64,000 bases of DNA, taken from positions 160,642,001 to 160,706,000 of the forward strand of contig NC_042997.1 of assembly GCF_006345805.1 (NCBI RefSeq), read 5' to 3'. Below are positions 52,468 to 64,000 of the stretch, piece after piece (the stretch's first letter is position 1; each line of letters begins with the position of its first letter). A program made the position numbers and the translations under genes. This stretch comes from Octopus sinensis. Its lineage: Eukaryota. The notes under the pieces were generated by a model. It had not been told where the DNA came from and did not search any database. It saw nothing but the letters and a program-made list of their open reading frames with translations.

Positions 52468-52826
52468 TATTACAAATTTGGGATTTTACCAACAGGATCA
52501 CAACTTCAATTCCAGGACAACCTTATTTTCTGGAGTACACAGAAAGTTATATCCCAAATACTAATCTAATAATATAATCATTTTAAAACCTACTATATCG
52601 TACGATAAAATAAATGACATCAGAATTAATGAAAAATTATTTCAAAAAATATATATATATGTATATATATACCTTACCCGTTATTAGTCTGTGGGGACAG
52701 AAGATAATATTAAACAACGCTACACGTGTTTCTGCGCTGGTGGTTTGTTGGATCCTACTTAACCATACAAATTCAAAGATTTTTTCATTAAAGATGTTTT
52801 CATTAAAGACAAGAATATATATATAT

Positions 52827-52868
<42 letters not shown>

Positions 52869-53558
52869 ACTTCCTAATATAATTTTACAAAACTTAAAGA
52901 TTTTAAATATTAAATAAATTAAAAATTCATAAGAATTTAATAAAATTAAACACCTAAAAATATAATAACGATATATATATATATAGAAATGACTAAACAT
53001 AAAGAAACCTTCATTGACTATTTTATAACCTCGTCAAATTAAACCACCCATCTATATAAACTTTGATAATTTTTTGTGAAATTTACCCCTATCAATACTA
53101 GTATATATTACCATTATTACAGTAAAAAACAGGAAAAAACAGGGAAAAACCTCTATATATGTTATAAATGTATTGAATAAATCTAGTAAATGAAAATATC
53201 TACCGCAATTAATAAAGGAAGAATATTTATCTGCATGTTTACTTCTTCTTTAACCTGTGCAAATAGTTGAACCTTCTGTTCTGTGCTAAGTATTATGAGA
53301 ATAAAAACACTACTCTAAAAACAAAAAATTCTTTAAGTCTAATATCATTTGAAAGGTTAAATTCAAGGGGAGATAATTATAAGATACTCTTTAGGTATAT
53401 TTGGATTTTTCTCGTGTTAAAGATTTAGAGATTTATTTTATTTAATATGTGGCCTGTATAATCCTTTTTAAAGTAATATTCTTTACATTTATTCTTGGTT
53501 TTAGGTATATCCGTATCTAATGCTATTATATTGTTCTATTACAACTACTTTTAACTGT

Positions 53559-53637
<79 letters not shown>

Positions 53638-53641
53638 TATG

Positions 53642-53691
<50 letters not shown>

Positions 53692-53692
<1 letters not shown>

Positions 53693-55140
53693 TAGCAGTT
53701 AAGCCTGATTTCACCCGGTTTGCTTCGATGATATGGCTGAGATCGTTCGGTTGGCATAGTCTGTAACACTGTTCCTCAACCTTATCATTTCGGGTCCCCT
53801 GTTTCGATTGGAGCTTCCAGCTGTATGAAAATTCGTCTACCCAACTCCTGCTTCAGTAGTTGTGAAGAAAGGATTTGTACGTAGTCTGTTTCTGAGAGCT
53901 ATTGTGTTGGATCTCTGTCTAACTATTAAAACATTTATTTAATTATGAAAGAAATTATACATTAATACCTATTTTTGTAAGTAGTTGTATCCGTAAAAAA
54001 TGTATTTGCAGAGAGCAGAAATTGAAAGAAGATATGTGAAATGGACGTGTGTGTGTGTGTATGTGTTTGTGTGTATGTGTGTGTGTGTGTGTGTGCTCCT
54101 GTGTATGTGAGAGAGAAAGAGGATGAGAAAGAAAGATAGAGTGAGTGAGTGAAGGTGTGTGTCACTGAGTTACGTTGGCAGGCACGGCGACTACGAAGCT
54201 TTTGAGGCGGCAGATGTTGGGATGATTTGAAAGATGTGAAGAAATGCCGTCTTTTCAGTGGAGCGCTTTTTTGTAGGCAACGTTTCTTGTTTTCCCTTTT
54301 GATGCACAAATGTATAGACTTTGTGGCCTGCCAACACGGGAGCATCCAACGTAAAGTTGACCGTGAGAGGAAACTTGCTCTGTGAGATTTAAACCAACCA
54401 TTTGCAATGATTGAACCTGTGCCTTATTTATTGTCATTGCAAAGGAGAGTTTGATAGGAAATTGAAGCTGCTTAAACTTATTGGGGTTATAAGAACATCT
54501 TGACCAGCGCCTGGTCCATTCAAGATGGCTGAACTCAATGAGAAGATTCCCCATGGCTGAGCCACGACTAACATTGCAAGTTGGATTTTCCTGTTTGGTC
54601 AGGTCTAGTCGTAATTTGAAGGCTGAGTGTGCCGTACGACCGCCATGCAGTAGAGTTGCCGCAATGCTGCTGGATGCAACCGCCATGGCAATCCGATTTT
54701 CCTGGCGAATTTTGGCGAGCAGGAGGTTCATGAGAAAAGATTTTCTGGTTCTGCGGGGAGCATCCAAGAAAGCAGAAATTGAAAGAAGATATATGAAATA
54801 GATGTGTGTGTTTTTCGGGTTGATTTGGTGGATTTTTGCTGTCAGTACGAGGTGGTTTGTGTTTATCTCTCGAGTCGAAGTGTTGTTAATTTGTCTGTTA
54901 TAGCAATGCCCAGACAAATGAAAATATCTTTGTTTTTCACTCCATCGCCGGCAGTAAAAGGAGTCAGGAGCCCTTCTCCGTAAAAAATTTTACTTTTGTA
55001 ATATAGGACTGGGTGGGGAGGGGAGTTTTTGAAGTCGGAGTGAAAGCGGAAGAGAGAGTGAATGTGCGAGTGAGTGAAAGAGAAAAAGAAAGAGAGGTTA
55101 TGTATGTTAGCGGGGAATTCCATCACAAAATATTTTTAAT
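53692..55140 (-). mobile_element. Internally deleted non-autonomous Helitron
   Basis: ORF 54255-54917 joins helicase motif I region (FLDAP..T.KSFL..AVASSSIAATLL.GGRTAHSAFKL) to the C-terminus (QFPIKLSFAMTINKAQ.QSL..SHGQLYVGCSRV). Hairpin and CTAG 3' end at 53692-53718. Confidence 0.85.
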
Positions 55141-55209
55141 CGATTTTCTACTGAGCTGCGTATATTTTACCGCAGTGTCACTTTGATGGCATGCACTGCT
55201 CTCTCACTC

Positions 55210-55290
<81 letters not shown>

Positions 55291-55361
55291 AACAATAAAA
55301 AATAATAATAATAATGATAATAACAATAAAAAAAAATAATAATAATAATAATAACATCGAA

Positions 55362-55530
55362 TAATACCTTAGGAATGAGAACCAGTTTCAAAAATTTCCC
55401 CAAGACACCTGATGAAGGCAGGAGTGTTTATCAGCCGAAAAGTTGTGTTTACAACAAAAAAGACAAATATCCGACAAATATAAATAACATAAATAATATA
55501 CATAATTCATCATCTCTTAAATACAGAACG
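55362..55530 (+). mobile_element. PLE terminal repeat family A with hammerhead at 55403-55450
   Basis: AGACAC-CTGATGA-A-GGCAG-loop-CAGCC-GAA-AAGT-T-GTGTTT, preceded by (AAT)n. Confidence 0.75.
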
Positions 55531-55609
55531 ACAAGAAATACATAATTGTATTATGATATACTTGTTTGTTATAACTTGTGTTTCTCTTTTGTCTAACCGT
55601 AACAATATA

Positions 55610-55640
<31 letters not shown>

Positions 55641-55810
55641 CGTGTGTGTGTGTGTGTGTGTGAGTGTGTAAATTAAAGAAGAACTACCATGTAGCAATTC
55701 AACAATGATATAATTAAATCAAAATATATAGAACAAAAGTAAATATACGATTAAACATTTACCTATAATTAAGTAAAGTGCAAAATAATAAATAAATAGT
55801 ATATATATAT

Positions 55811-55844
<34 letters not shown>

Positions 55845-56065
55845 GGAATGGTTGTGTGGTAAGTAAGTTTCTTACTAACCAGATAGTTCCTTGTTCAGTC
55901 CCAATGCATGGCACCTCAGGCAAGTGTCTTCTACTATAATCTCTGGCCGACAAAAAGAGTCCGATAGAATAAGTACAAGGTTTACAAAGAATAAGCCCTG
56001 GGGTCGATTAAATTGGTGTTCCAATATGACCGCAGACAAATGAATGAAACATGTTAAAGAATAAA
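55845..56065 (+). mobile_element. SINE family 1, internally shortened
   Basis: Homology to 28214-28664. Confidence 0.8.
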
Positions 56066-56099
56066 GGAATATATATATATGTGTGTGTGTGTGAGTATG

Positions 56100-56169
<70 letters not shown>

Positions 56170-56424
56170 GATCCATACATACATACATACATACATGCAT
56201 ACATACATGCGCACGCACAGAAATGTTAACTTGATATATATACGCATAATATGTAACGTTAAACCTGGGTTTATGATTCTAGAAGCTTCAGCTTCTACTA
56301 CTACTAGTACTACTGCTGCTGCTGCTGCAACTACTACTACCTCTACTACTTCTCTACTACTACTACTTGTAATAATAATAATAATAATATTAATAATAAT
56401 AATAATCATAGTAATAATAATTAT

Positions 56425-57311
56425 GTAGGGATTTTTCACAGCCAACGAGAAAGAAGAAACCCTACTCCATATGGAATTACATGGTAAGTTCCACCGTGAA
56501 ACCAACAAATTAAAAGACCAGGAAGTATCATAGAGGTGGCTTAACAAAGGTGGCCTAAAAGAGGATAGTAAAAGCCTAATCATCGCTACCCAGTACCAGG
56601 CATTAAGTACCAATTCAACGAAAAATAACATATAACAAACAAGTGCATCGGACCTTTGCAGAATGTGTGGGAAGAGAGTCGAAAATGGGACACACATTGT
56701 TAGTGCTTGTGAAAGATTTGCGCAGAAAGGGTACAAGCGTAGACACTACAAAGTAGCCCCAAATATCCACTGGCTACTATGCCGTAAGTATGGATATGAG
56801 GTTACTGAGGTTAAGGGTGCTTCATACCAACATACACCGGAAAAAGGCAATGGACGAAAAAAGGGAAGGCAAATCTCCTCTGGGACATTTCCAGATAGGC
56901 AATGTGTTAGAGCAGCGAAGGCTAGATAGAGTAATATTTAGGTGGGACAACCAAGAGTGTCTAATAGTCGACGTAGCAGTGCCAGGAGATCAACGTATCA
57001 TGAAAGAAAGAGAAAATGTTGATAAATATGACGACCTGAAAACTGAGATTCCAACATAAAGGTTATCCCTATTATCATCGGAGCATTAGGTTCAATACCA
57101 TCCAATCTGAAAAAGACATCTGAAAACTTTAGAGATACCCTACAATCTAGATGTATTGCTAAAGTCGGCACTATTTAGAACTTCATGCATATTGCGTGAA
57201 GTACTGTCTGCCTGAGGCCCTTGTTGTAAATTGACGGATAGTGCAAACTCCCTAGTAGACACAATATCGTCAATCAACCACCCTCACAATATCTAATACT
57301 GTTCGACATCT
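56425..57311 (+). mobile_element. R4-clade 3' fragment
   Basis: LHGKFHRE, LCRMCGKRVENGTHIVSAC, YKRRH, LIVDVAVPGD, KYDDLK; (AAT)n on both sides. Confidence 0.85.
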
Positions 57312-57404
57312 ATAATAATAATAATAATAATAATAATATAATAATATAATATAATAATAATCTAGGTAAAATTGAGCAGTGATTAAGAGGAAACTGGAAA
57401 AATG

Positions 57405-57658
57405 ATTCCAGGTTTACCATCCCTACAGGAAGTGCAAATATCGTATTAACTGGAACGGCTCATGTACTGAGAAGAACACTATCGTTGTGAAAATAACATC
57501 CATCCATGAATTTATTTGTTTATTAATTTTAAATAAATATTTTATCTGTGAATTTGCGCGTATAATCTGGGAATGCATATAATGCCCTTCTCTGCCCTAG
57601 GTGTATGGAAAACACTCGCCGAGAAACGGAAGAAAATTTGAAGAAAGAAGGAAAAAAC

Positions 57659-57689
<31 letters not shown>

Positions 57690-57728
57690 CAACAACAAAA
57701 GCAACAATGATAATAATAATAATAATAA

Positions 57729-57770
<42 letters not shown>
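57405..57770 (+). mobile_element. Short R4-clade 3' fragment plus tail, flanked by a 44-bp direct repeat
   Basis: IPGLPSLQEV...GTAHVLRRTLSL* and 3' UTR homologous to 31955-32430; repeats at 57361-57404 and 57771-57814. Confidence 0.85.
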
Positions 57771-57771
<1 letters not shown>

Positions 57772-58730
57772 CTAGGTAAAATTGAGCAGTGATTAAGAGG
57801 AAATTGGAAAAATGGGAAAAAGACCGACCGAGAAAAATTAGAGAAGAAATATAAAATATGGAGGTTCGGGTTTGATGCAGTAATAGAGCAGTTAAAACAG
57901 AGGATCATGGCAAAAAGACAGAAGATCAGAAGACTTGTGGACAGAAATAAACAGTTCGAGGAGAACAGTTTGTTCAAAAATAACCCAAACGTTAGAAGGA
58001 GACAATGAGGAATATGTTGCTCCTAATGGAAATCAAATCAAGGAGTTCTGGAGCGGATTATGGGAAATAATGTTGTAAATAAATGGGGTGCGATGTGTGT
58101 AGGAACTATCAAGATAGAATTACAAGTAGGAAAGAAATAAGGGAATATTGTCATAAGTACGGGCGATGTGAAAGAACAAGTGGGTGTGCCTAACTGGAAA
58201 ATGTGGAAAATACAAGCGCCGCCACGATAAAGTGTGCGTGTATCCTCTTTGACTCTTATGCCGTAAATATCAATATGAAGTAACAGAGAACTGGTATGAT
58301 ATATAAGCAGGAGGATGGAAAAGTAACGATAGTCTGGGACTATAATTTTCAGACGGATCATGTAATCGAACACCGTCGGCCGGGTATTGTCATATTGAAT
58401 GGGAGAGAAGAATACTGTCAGATCATTGATGTAGCCATACCAAATGACATGAATGTTGTGAGTAAAGAGGTTAAAAATTCACCAAGTACTCCGAATGGAA
58501 AGTGAAAATGGCAAGACTGTATAGAATGAGAGTGTAAAAATGGGCCCAATCCATTTGAAATTTCAAGACTTCTTAAGGCAACTGGAAATCCCATGCAAGA
58601 TTGAGGTCTTGCAAAAAGCAGCCTTATTGGGTACTGCGCACGTCTTAAAGAAAGTATTATCTCTCTGAGGTCCTTGTGAATTAACAGATGACTAAAGACT
58701 ACGGTGCATTTTTACCTACACTATGTTACG
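57771..58730 (+). mobile_element. Internally deleted R4-clade element lacking RT
   Basis: Pre-RT region (EQLKQRIMAKRQKIRR...FWSGLW...PNWK) joined near 58205 to KRRHDKV...WDYNFQTDHVIEHRRP...IIDVAIPND...QKAALLGTAHVL. Confidence 0.8.
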
Positions 58731-58929
58731 AAACAACAACAACAATAATAAAAACGACAACAAGAACAACAATAATAATAATGATGATGATAATGATTAT
58801 GATGATTTCATTTGACATCAGGACGAAGTATTAGGGGGAAAATGCAAAAACAGACACAAAGTGTGGAGATGTACAAGTAATGAAATGATGAAATAACAAA
58901 AACAACGAAAAAGAGTAAATATAAGTGTC

Positions 58930-61020
58930 ATACAATGAAAAGGAAGGGAAATATACGCAATATACAAAGGCTAAAAAGAAAAAAGGCGGGTGATTGAGAC
59001 GTAGTCCTCCTGATAAAGGATAACCTCCAGGGATAATCGAGGAACCCTACTGTGCCATATCTCCTTGAAAACCAAGGGCATGTGTCCTCTCCAATTCCTA
59101 CTCTTCGACTCACAGGTTTACACACACAGAGGTACCATCCACTCTTGTATTTTCGCAACTTTCACCCACCTTTTAATAAATTAACTCGAGGGCAGAACTT
59201 CCCACTCTATACTCCATTTCCTTTTCATGTGAAACTTGAAGAAACCCCTCAGATCATAAACAAAGAGGAATGTATCTATCCTCATGCCTTTTAGTCTTGT
59301 CCACCAAACAACCTCTTTCGTCACAGCCACCAGACGAAAAACATGCCTTGCTTGCTGATTAAAGAAGAGCAGCGAGCAACCATTACTATGCACTCCACCG
59401 ATAGATGGATCTGTCCCATACGTGACAGGTGTTCGACATAACCCCACAAATCAGCAATGTCTGGACACTAAACGAGTGCGTGCAGAACAGTTACATCATT
59501 CAGTGCGCGCTTCGGAGAAGCCCGTGTGACAGGACATCCGTGCCTATTGAATTTATCTCGAACCGGAAGCGCCCTGCGGCAGCACTATTTTGGCCAAGAA
59601 CATATGGAATGTATCCATGATAATGACCGACCGGAACGTCTTCCAGAACGCCAAGAACATCGTCGCACTTCGCCAGTAATAATCTATAAATTACTGAAGC
59701 AGAACAGCCCACGATCCCATTGTCCGACTGGTAGATGGCTGTGAGTGCCTGTTGACATACTAGGCGTCAAGCGCCTAGTCGCGGTCTTTTCTTTACCCAG
59801 GACTACAGCTCTGTCAAGGAGACAAGCTATGGAAAGACGTTCCTCCCAAACGGAGCCCACGCATGCTCACCTTTTAGAAATCATTGCAGGTGGCGCAACG
59901 TAACACCGTATCTGCGCATTAGAAGCCACAGCGTGCCTAAGCCGCCACTCAGAGGGTGCTGGCAGTAGACTGATGGTCTGACCATCGGAACGCAATCCTT
60001 CCACAAGAAATTAAATTAGACGTTCCAACCCAGTCAAGCAGTAACCGGGACAAGGCACAATGATCAGGCGATAAAAGATGAAGTAGGAAATGTAGGCATT
60101 CGCCTCCTCTGCCTGATCTTTCAAGGATAGCTTCCTCTCAGCCATTTCTGGGTAAGACTGGTCACCCTGTTCGTCACTTAGTCTCAGTTCTTACCTTCCT
60201 GGAGGGTGGGACCAAACCAGACTACGTGCAATTTGACTGGTCTGTCGGTCCAGCGTCCAACGACACCGTCCCATAACATGAACCTGACTATCCAGGAGAC
60301 TTACCGCAAACAATCGATTTGTCAGCGGTGCTTTTAGCCCCTGCAACTGACTCATATTCCTCTAGAATGATGCTAAGAGTCTCCAGTTCGTTGGTGTACG
60401 CTGATACTGCCTTTCCGCGTCTGAGTTCGATCTTTCGCAGAAGTAGCTTGAGTACCAATATGCACAGAAGAGGCGACAGCAGGAAGCCCTGACGGATCAA
60501 GCATGCGTTGCTAGACTTTTCCGATTGGTAGCTGTTTACTTTGACCACCGAACAGATACAGCTGTGCATTGCAGCGAACCAACCTCTGAAACTGTGCCCG
60601 AATCCCCTGCTTTCAGGACGGCTTCCAAGTAGTGATGGTCGACCCTACCGAATGTTTTAGAATGATTAAAATTAATCAGAGCACTCTCGAAGCTAGGTTT
60701 GATCCCAGCCCTGTCTATGATGTATCGCATAAGGTGGAAGTTGTTGTGGACAGACCTGCCCGGGATTGTGCACCTTTGTGCTTTCGCGGCCAGGCTACCG
60801 ACAACAAGCGTCAACATTTTCGTCAACACCTTGGCCAAAATCTTAAACACTGTTTAGCAGAGATGTGAGCTGAAAATTTCCTTGTACGTCCCCATTGTCG
60901 GCGTCCTTCCTCAGCAGTGTCACCACACTCCGACCAACAGCACTCGGAATTTTCCCTTTCTGTTGCCATTTACGGTAAACGTCTGCCAGCAGGTCACAAA
61001 ACAAATCTGTTGTCATGCTG
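58930..61020 (-). mobile_element. Decayed L1/Tx1-clade ORF2 (RT + C-terminal zinc finger)
   Basis: FKILAKVL..Q.CTIPGRSVHNN, KTFGRVDHHYL, IRQG..LSPLL, SAY, then TVLHALV.CPDIADLWGYVE. Confidence 0.85.
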
Positions 61021-61900
61021 GAGCGCCACCGGTGTCTTTTCAGTGGCTATTCTTTACGATTAGCCTTTTATGAAGGAAGGAATTCGAGGCTGCTCCCTTG
61101 TTTGAGTTTCTTCATCAGGGACCTTGGACGGCCGATGATCAATTTGTTTCCTGAACACTACCGCCTCTACACCATGAAGATGTTTCAGATGTTTTGGGTA
61201 GGCATTAAATCCCAACCTATTGCAATAGTGCATTGTTCTCACTCAAGACGGGATGACGGGAACATTTGGAACAGTGCAGCGACGTCCAGTTCGTGGTCAG
61301 TATAACTCTCGATGCCAAAGTTTGGTTCCAGTTCCTCCAGGATCTTACACACGTACATCATTACATAGCTCACCTGTCTTCTCTCGACGGAGTAAAGTTG
61401 TAGCTCCCAATAACTCAGTTGTTACTTTGATGCAATCTTCCGGGTGTACCACTACTAAACTTCAGCTATTAAATTGACTCTGTGGTGTGACCACAGTTGA
61501 GAGCAGTATTCTAGGCAGTTGAGGACAAATGTACTCTATAAGTCCAGCATAGTTTTTTGGTCCCTGATTCTGAAGCTTCTGTATTGCATTCCAGTATTGC
61601 GCATTCAGTATTTCACTAATCCTCTGGGGATCTGCAGTGGGTGTGATATTTTCCTCGAGCTGTTACCCCATCTTGTACCGTACTGAAGCAGAAACTTTTG
61701 CAAATTTATTGAAGGATTTCGGGTTTATCTTTATATTTTTGGCAGCCCTGGCTTCTTCTCTGCTCTCTAGTCATTCGCTATCCTGTAGTGGACCATTTAG
61801 ACAGTTTGAGATATTTGCTCGTTGTCTCATTAGAATCCTTCTATCCTTGGGAACTATATTTTCCTGTTGGGTTGGCGTTCTCTCTGGAACAAACGTACTG
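61020..61900 (-). mobile_element. Internally deleted CR1-like LINE
   Basis: AAKNIKINPKSFNKFAK...DPQRISEILNAQY joined to LEYCSQLWS...LYSVERR...KQID..SKVPDE. Confidence 0.8.
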
Positions 61901-62240
61901 CATATGCAATGCATTATTGTCATAAACTGCTATATCTTATATCAGTTTCATAGGAGACGAAATTGTTCCATGACTTCTTTCTCGATACCATTCCTATCAG
62001 CTTTATGAACGTTCAGGCTGGAGAGCTGGGTACATGTTAGTAACCTGCATGTCTACTCTTTTCTGTAGACCATATATCATTATATCTATTAAGTTATGGT
62101 CTGAGAGAATCGTCAGTGCCACCTAAACATTATGGATGGGCACCACGTTATTCGTGAAGCAGATGTCCAGGACATTTTTACCCCTTGTTGATATATATAT
62201 ATATATATACGCGAGAAAGAAGCAACAAGAATGGATAGGT

Positions 62241-62331
62241 TTTTAGTACAATCGTTTCATACAAGGACAGGCTTTATTAAAAGTTGTAAAAATTACAGCA
62301 TATAAACGTGTCCCGTACTCATCAGCTAAAA
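62241..62331 (-). ncRNA. Minimal type I hammerhead ribozyme, near intact
   Basis: Minus strand: TTTTAG CTGATGA GTACGGGACA...TGTCCTTGTAT GAA ACGATTGT A CTAAAA. 6-bp stem I, GUA triplet, stem III one base off the ACGATCGT palindrome. Confidence 0.8.
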
Positions 62332-62641
62332 TACATGTGAGTTCTCTAGACATCCTAGTGGTTGAGGCTATACTCATGAAGTAATGTAGATAATTAAGTA
62401 ACATAAACAGATTTCCAAAGTTCATTAAAGTTCTTTAAAGACGATGTACAGTCTTATCACAGAATTTTAAAAAAGTTCTATTAGCATCACAGAGAAGGTG
62501 ACCTAATCCATAGAGCACATATGAATTTCCAGAGATATGATGAGGGATTACATACTCACAGAAGACAAATTTATCCATTGTTAATCACAACGAGGTGGGT
62601 CTCAATTCCTGCTTATTAGCATTACAGAGAAGGTGAATTAA

Positions 62642-63336
62642 TCAAATCATCCCCCAAATATAATAGAATCTTTAGTAAGAAATATTTCATTAAGAATTTC
62701 AAAATTATCATCCAATAAGGATATATTTAACTCCCATTCTGAGCATTATAATGAGGCGTTAACTAAGGCTGGATACAACCAAAAGATTACATTCGTTGAT
62801 AAGGGGAACTCACGTATTCCTAATAATGAAGTTATCAGTAATCACATAAGCAGCAATACAGACCAAGCCCGAAATAAAAGTAGAATTAAATTAATGGTAA
62901 ACGCTAATCTAGCGTACAGGCCCAACAATTCAATAGAAGCATTGACCAGAACATAGGTAACTCGAATAATATTGAAGTAGATAAACCTAAGATGCACACA
63001 AATAAAAAAAAATAATGGTAATAAATACAATAACTCCGGTGAGATGAATAGTAGTAATTCTACGAACCCTAAATTTAATAAAAAAGATATATTATGGCTG
63101 AATATCCCTTTCAACTGTGCGATACAATCGGATATACAGAACAAATTTAAGTAATTCTGGAAAAAAATTTCCCTATCTCTCATAGATATCATAGAATTAT
63201 ATCTAGGAAAACAGTTAGGATTTCTTATTCAACCCTCCCAAATATGTCCACTTTAATAGCTAAGATTATAATAAAAAACATTAAACTAGCCAGGAAAGAT
63301 AGAAATAAAAATAATAATATCAGCATGAATACCAAT
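62642..63336 (+). mobile_element. Penelope-like element, RT thumb to linker, cut by assembly gap
   Basis: SNHPPNIIESLVRNISLRISKLSSNKDIFN..YNEALTKAGY; KDILWLNIPF...HRIISRKTVRISYSTLPNM. Confidence 0.9.
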
Positions 63337-63436
63337 NNNNNNNNNNNNNNNNNNNNNNNNNNNNNNNNNNNNNNNNNNNNNNNNNNNNNNNNNNNNNNNN
63401 NNNNNNNNNNNNNNNNNNNNNNNNNNNNNNNNNNNN
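63337..63436. other. Assembly gap (100 N)
   Basis: Run of N. Confidence 1.
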
Positions 63437-63904
63437 CCGACTCGCTATGTCATGAAGGTGTAAACAAAACAACACCGGTCGACAAGTGATGAGACGCAAG
63501 CAATCCATTCCTACTAAGCCCATTGGGCTTCTTTCAAAGCTCCACACTTTCCTTGGCTACCTGTTCTAATTTATACATACACATACATACATACATACAT
63601 ACATACATACATACATACATACATACATACAACATGCATACATACATATATATAAGCATTGATATATACGGTATATATATGTCTGTATATAGGTATGCAC
63701 ATATGCATATATATACACATGCATAGTTATATATATATGAGAAAGAGAGGGAGAGCGAGAGAAAGAAATGTACGTAAGTACAACAACATACCTACATATC
63801 ATACACAACATATATGTTTGTATATATAAATAAGAATATGCAAATAAACACAACACATATATATGTATATACATACATATATATACATATATGTATACAT
63901 ATGT

Positions 63905-63959
<55 letters not shown>

Positions 63960-64000
63960 CTCGTAATTTTCGTATATTTCTCACCCGTTCATTTTCGTTG

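Noticed and set aside
52715-52760. Antisense GAAACACGTGTA palindrome resembling hammerhead stem III
   Set aside because: No upstream CUGANGA or matching stem I strand.
1-64000. CRISPR arrays, operons, rRNA or prokaryotic defence systems
   Set aside because: No regularly spaced repeats with unique spacers and no dense ORFs; the sequence is eukaryotic with spliceosomal introns.

Overview
Eukaryotic, AT-rich, extremely repeat-dense DNA. The (TA)n/(CA)n/(AAT)n load, tRNA-derived SINEs and abundant R4/Dong, Penelope, RTE, Tx1, CR1, mariner, Chapaev and Helitron relics resemble a cephalopod (Octopus-like) genome; that taxonomic call is inference. One host gene is well supported: a 3-exon + strand gene (38973-39327, 47792-47964, 50315-50553) for a secreted PAN/apple-like + C-type lectin protein. 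Its exon 2 has a 1-nt deletion, and its intron 1 holds an antisense stack of R4/Dong LINEs. The most interesting structure not shown by the ORF track is a set of minimal type I hammerhead ribozymes in Penelope-like terminal repeats. One has a fully intact core (3923-4014), two are near-intact (9685-9747, 62241-62331), and several decayed copies include one fused to a tRNA-like Pol III head. Restriction-like-endonuclease LINEs form head-to-tail stacks, each copy starting inside the (AAT)n tail of the previous one. Most listed ORFs are microsatellite or antisense-TE artefacts. All alignments and folds were done by eye; family labels are mine and element boundaries are approximate unless a junction is quoted.
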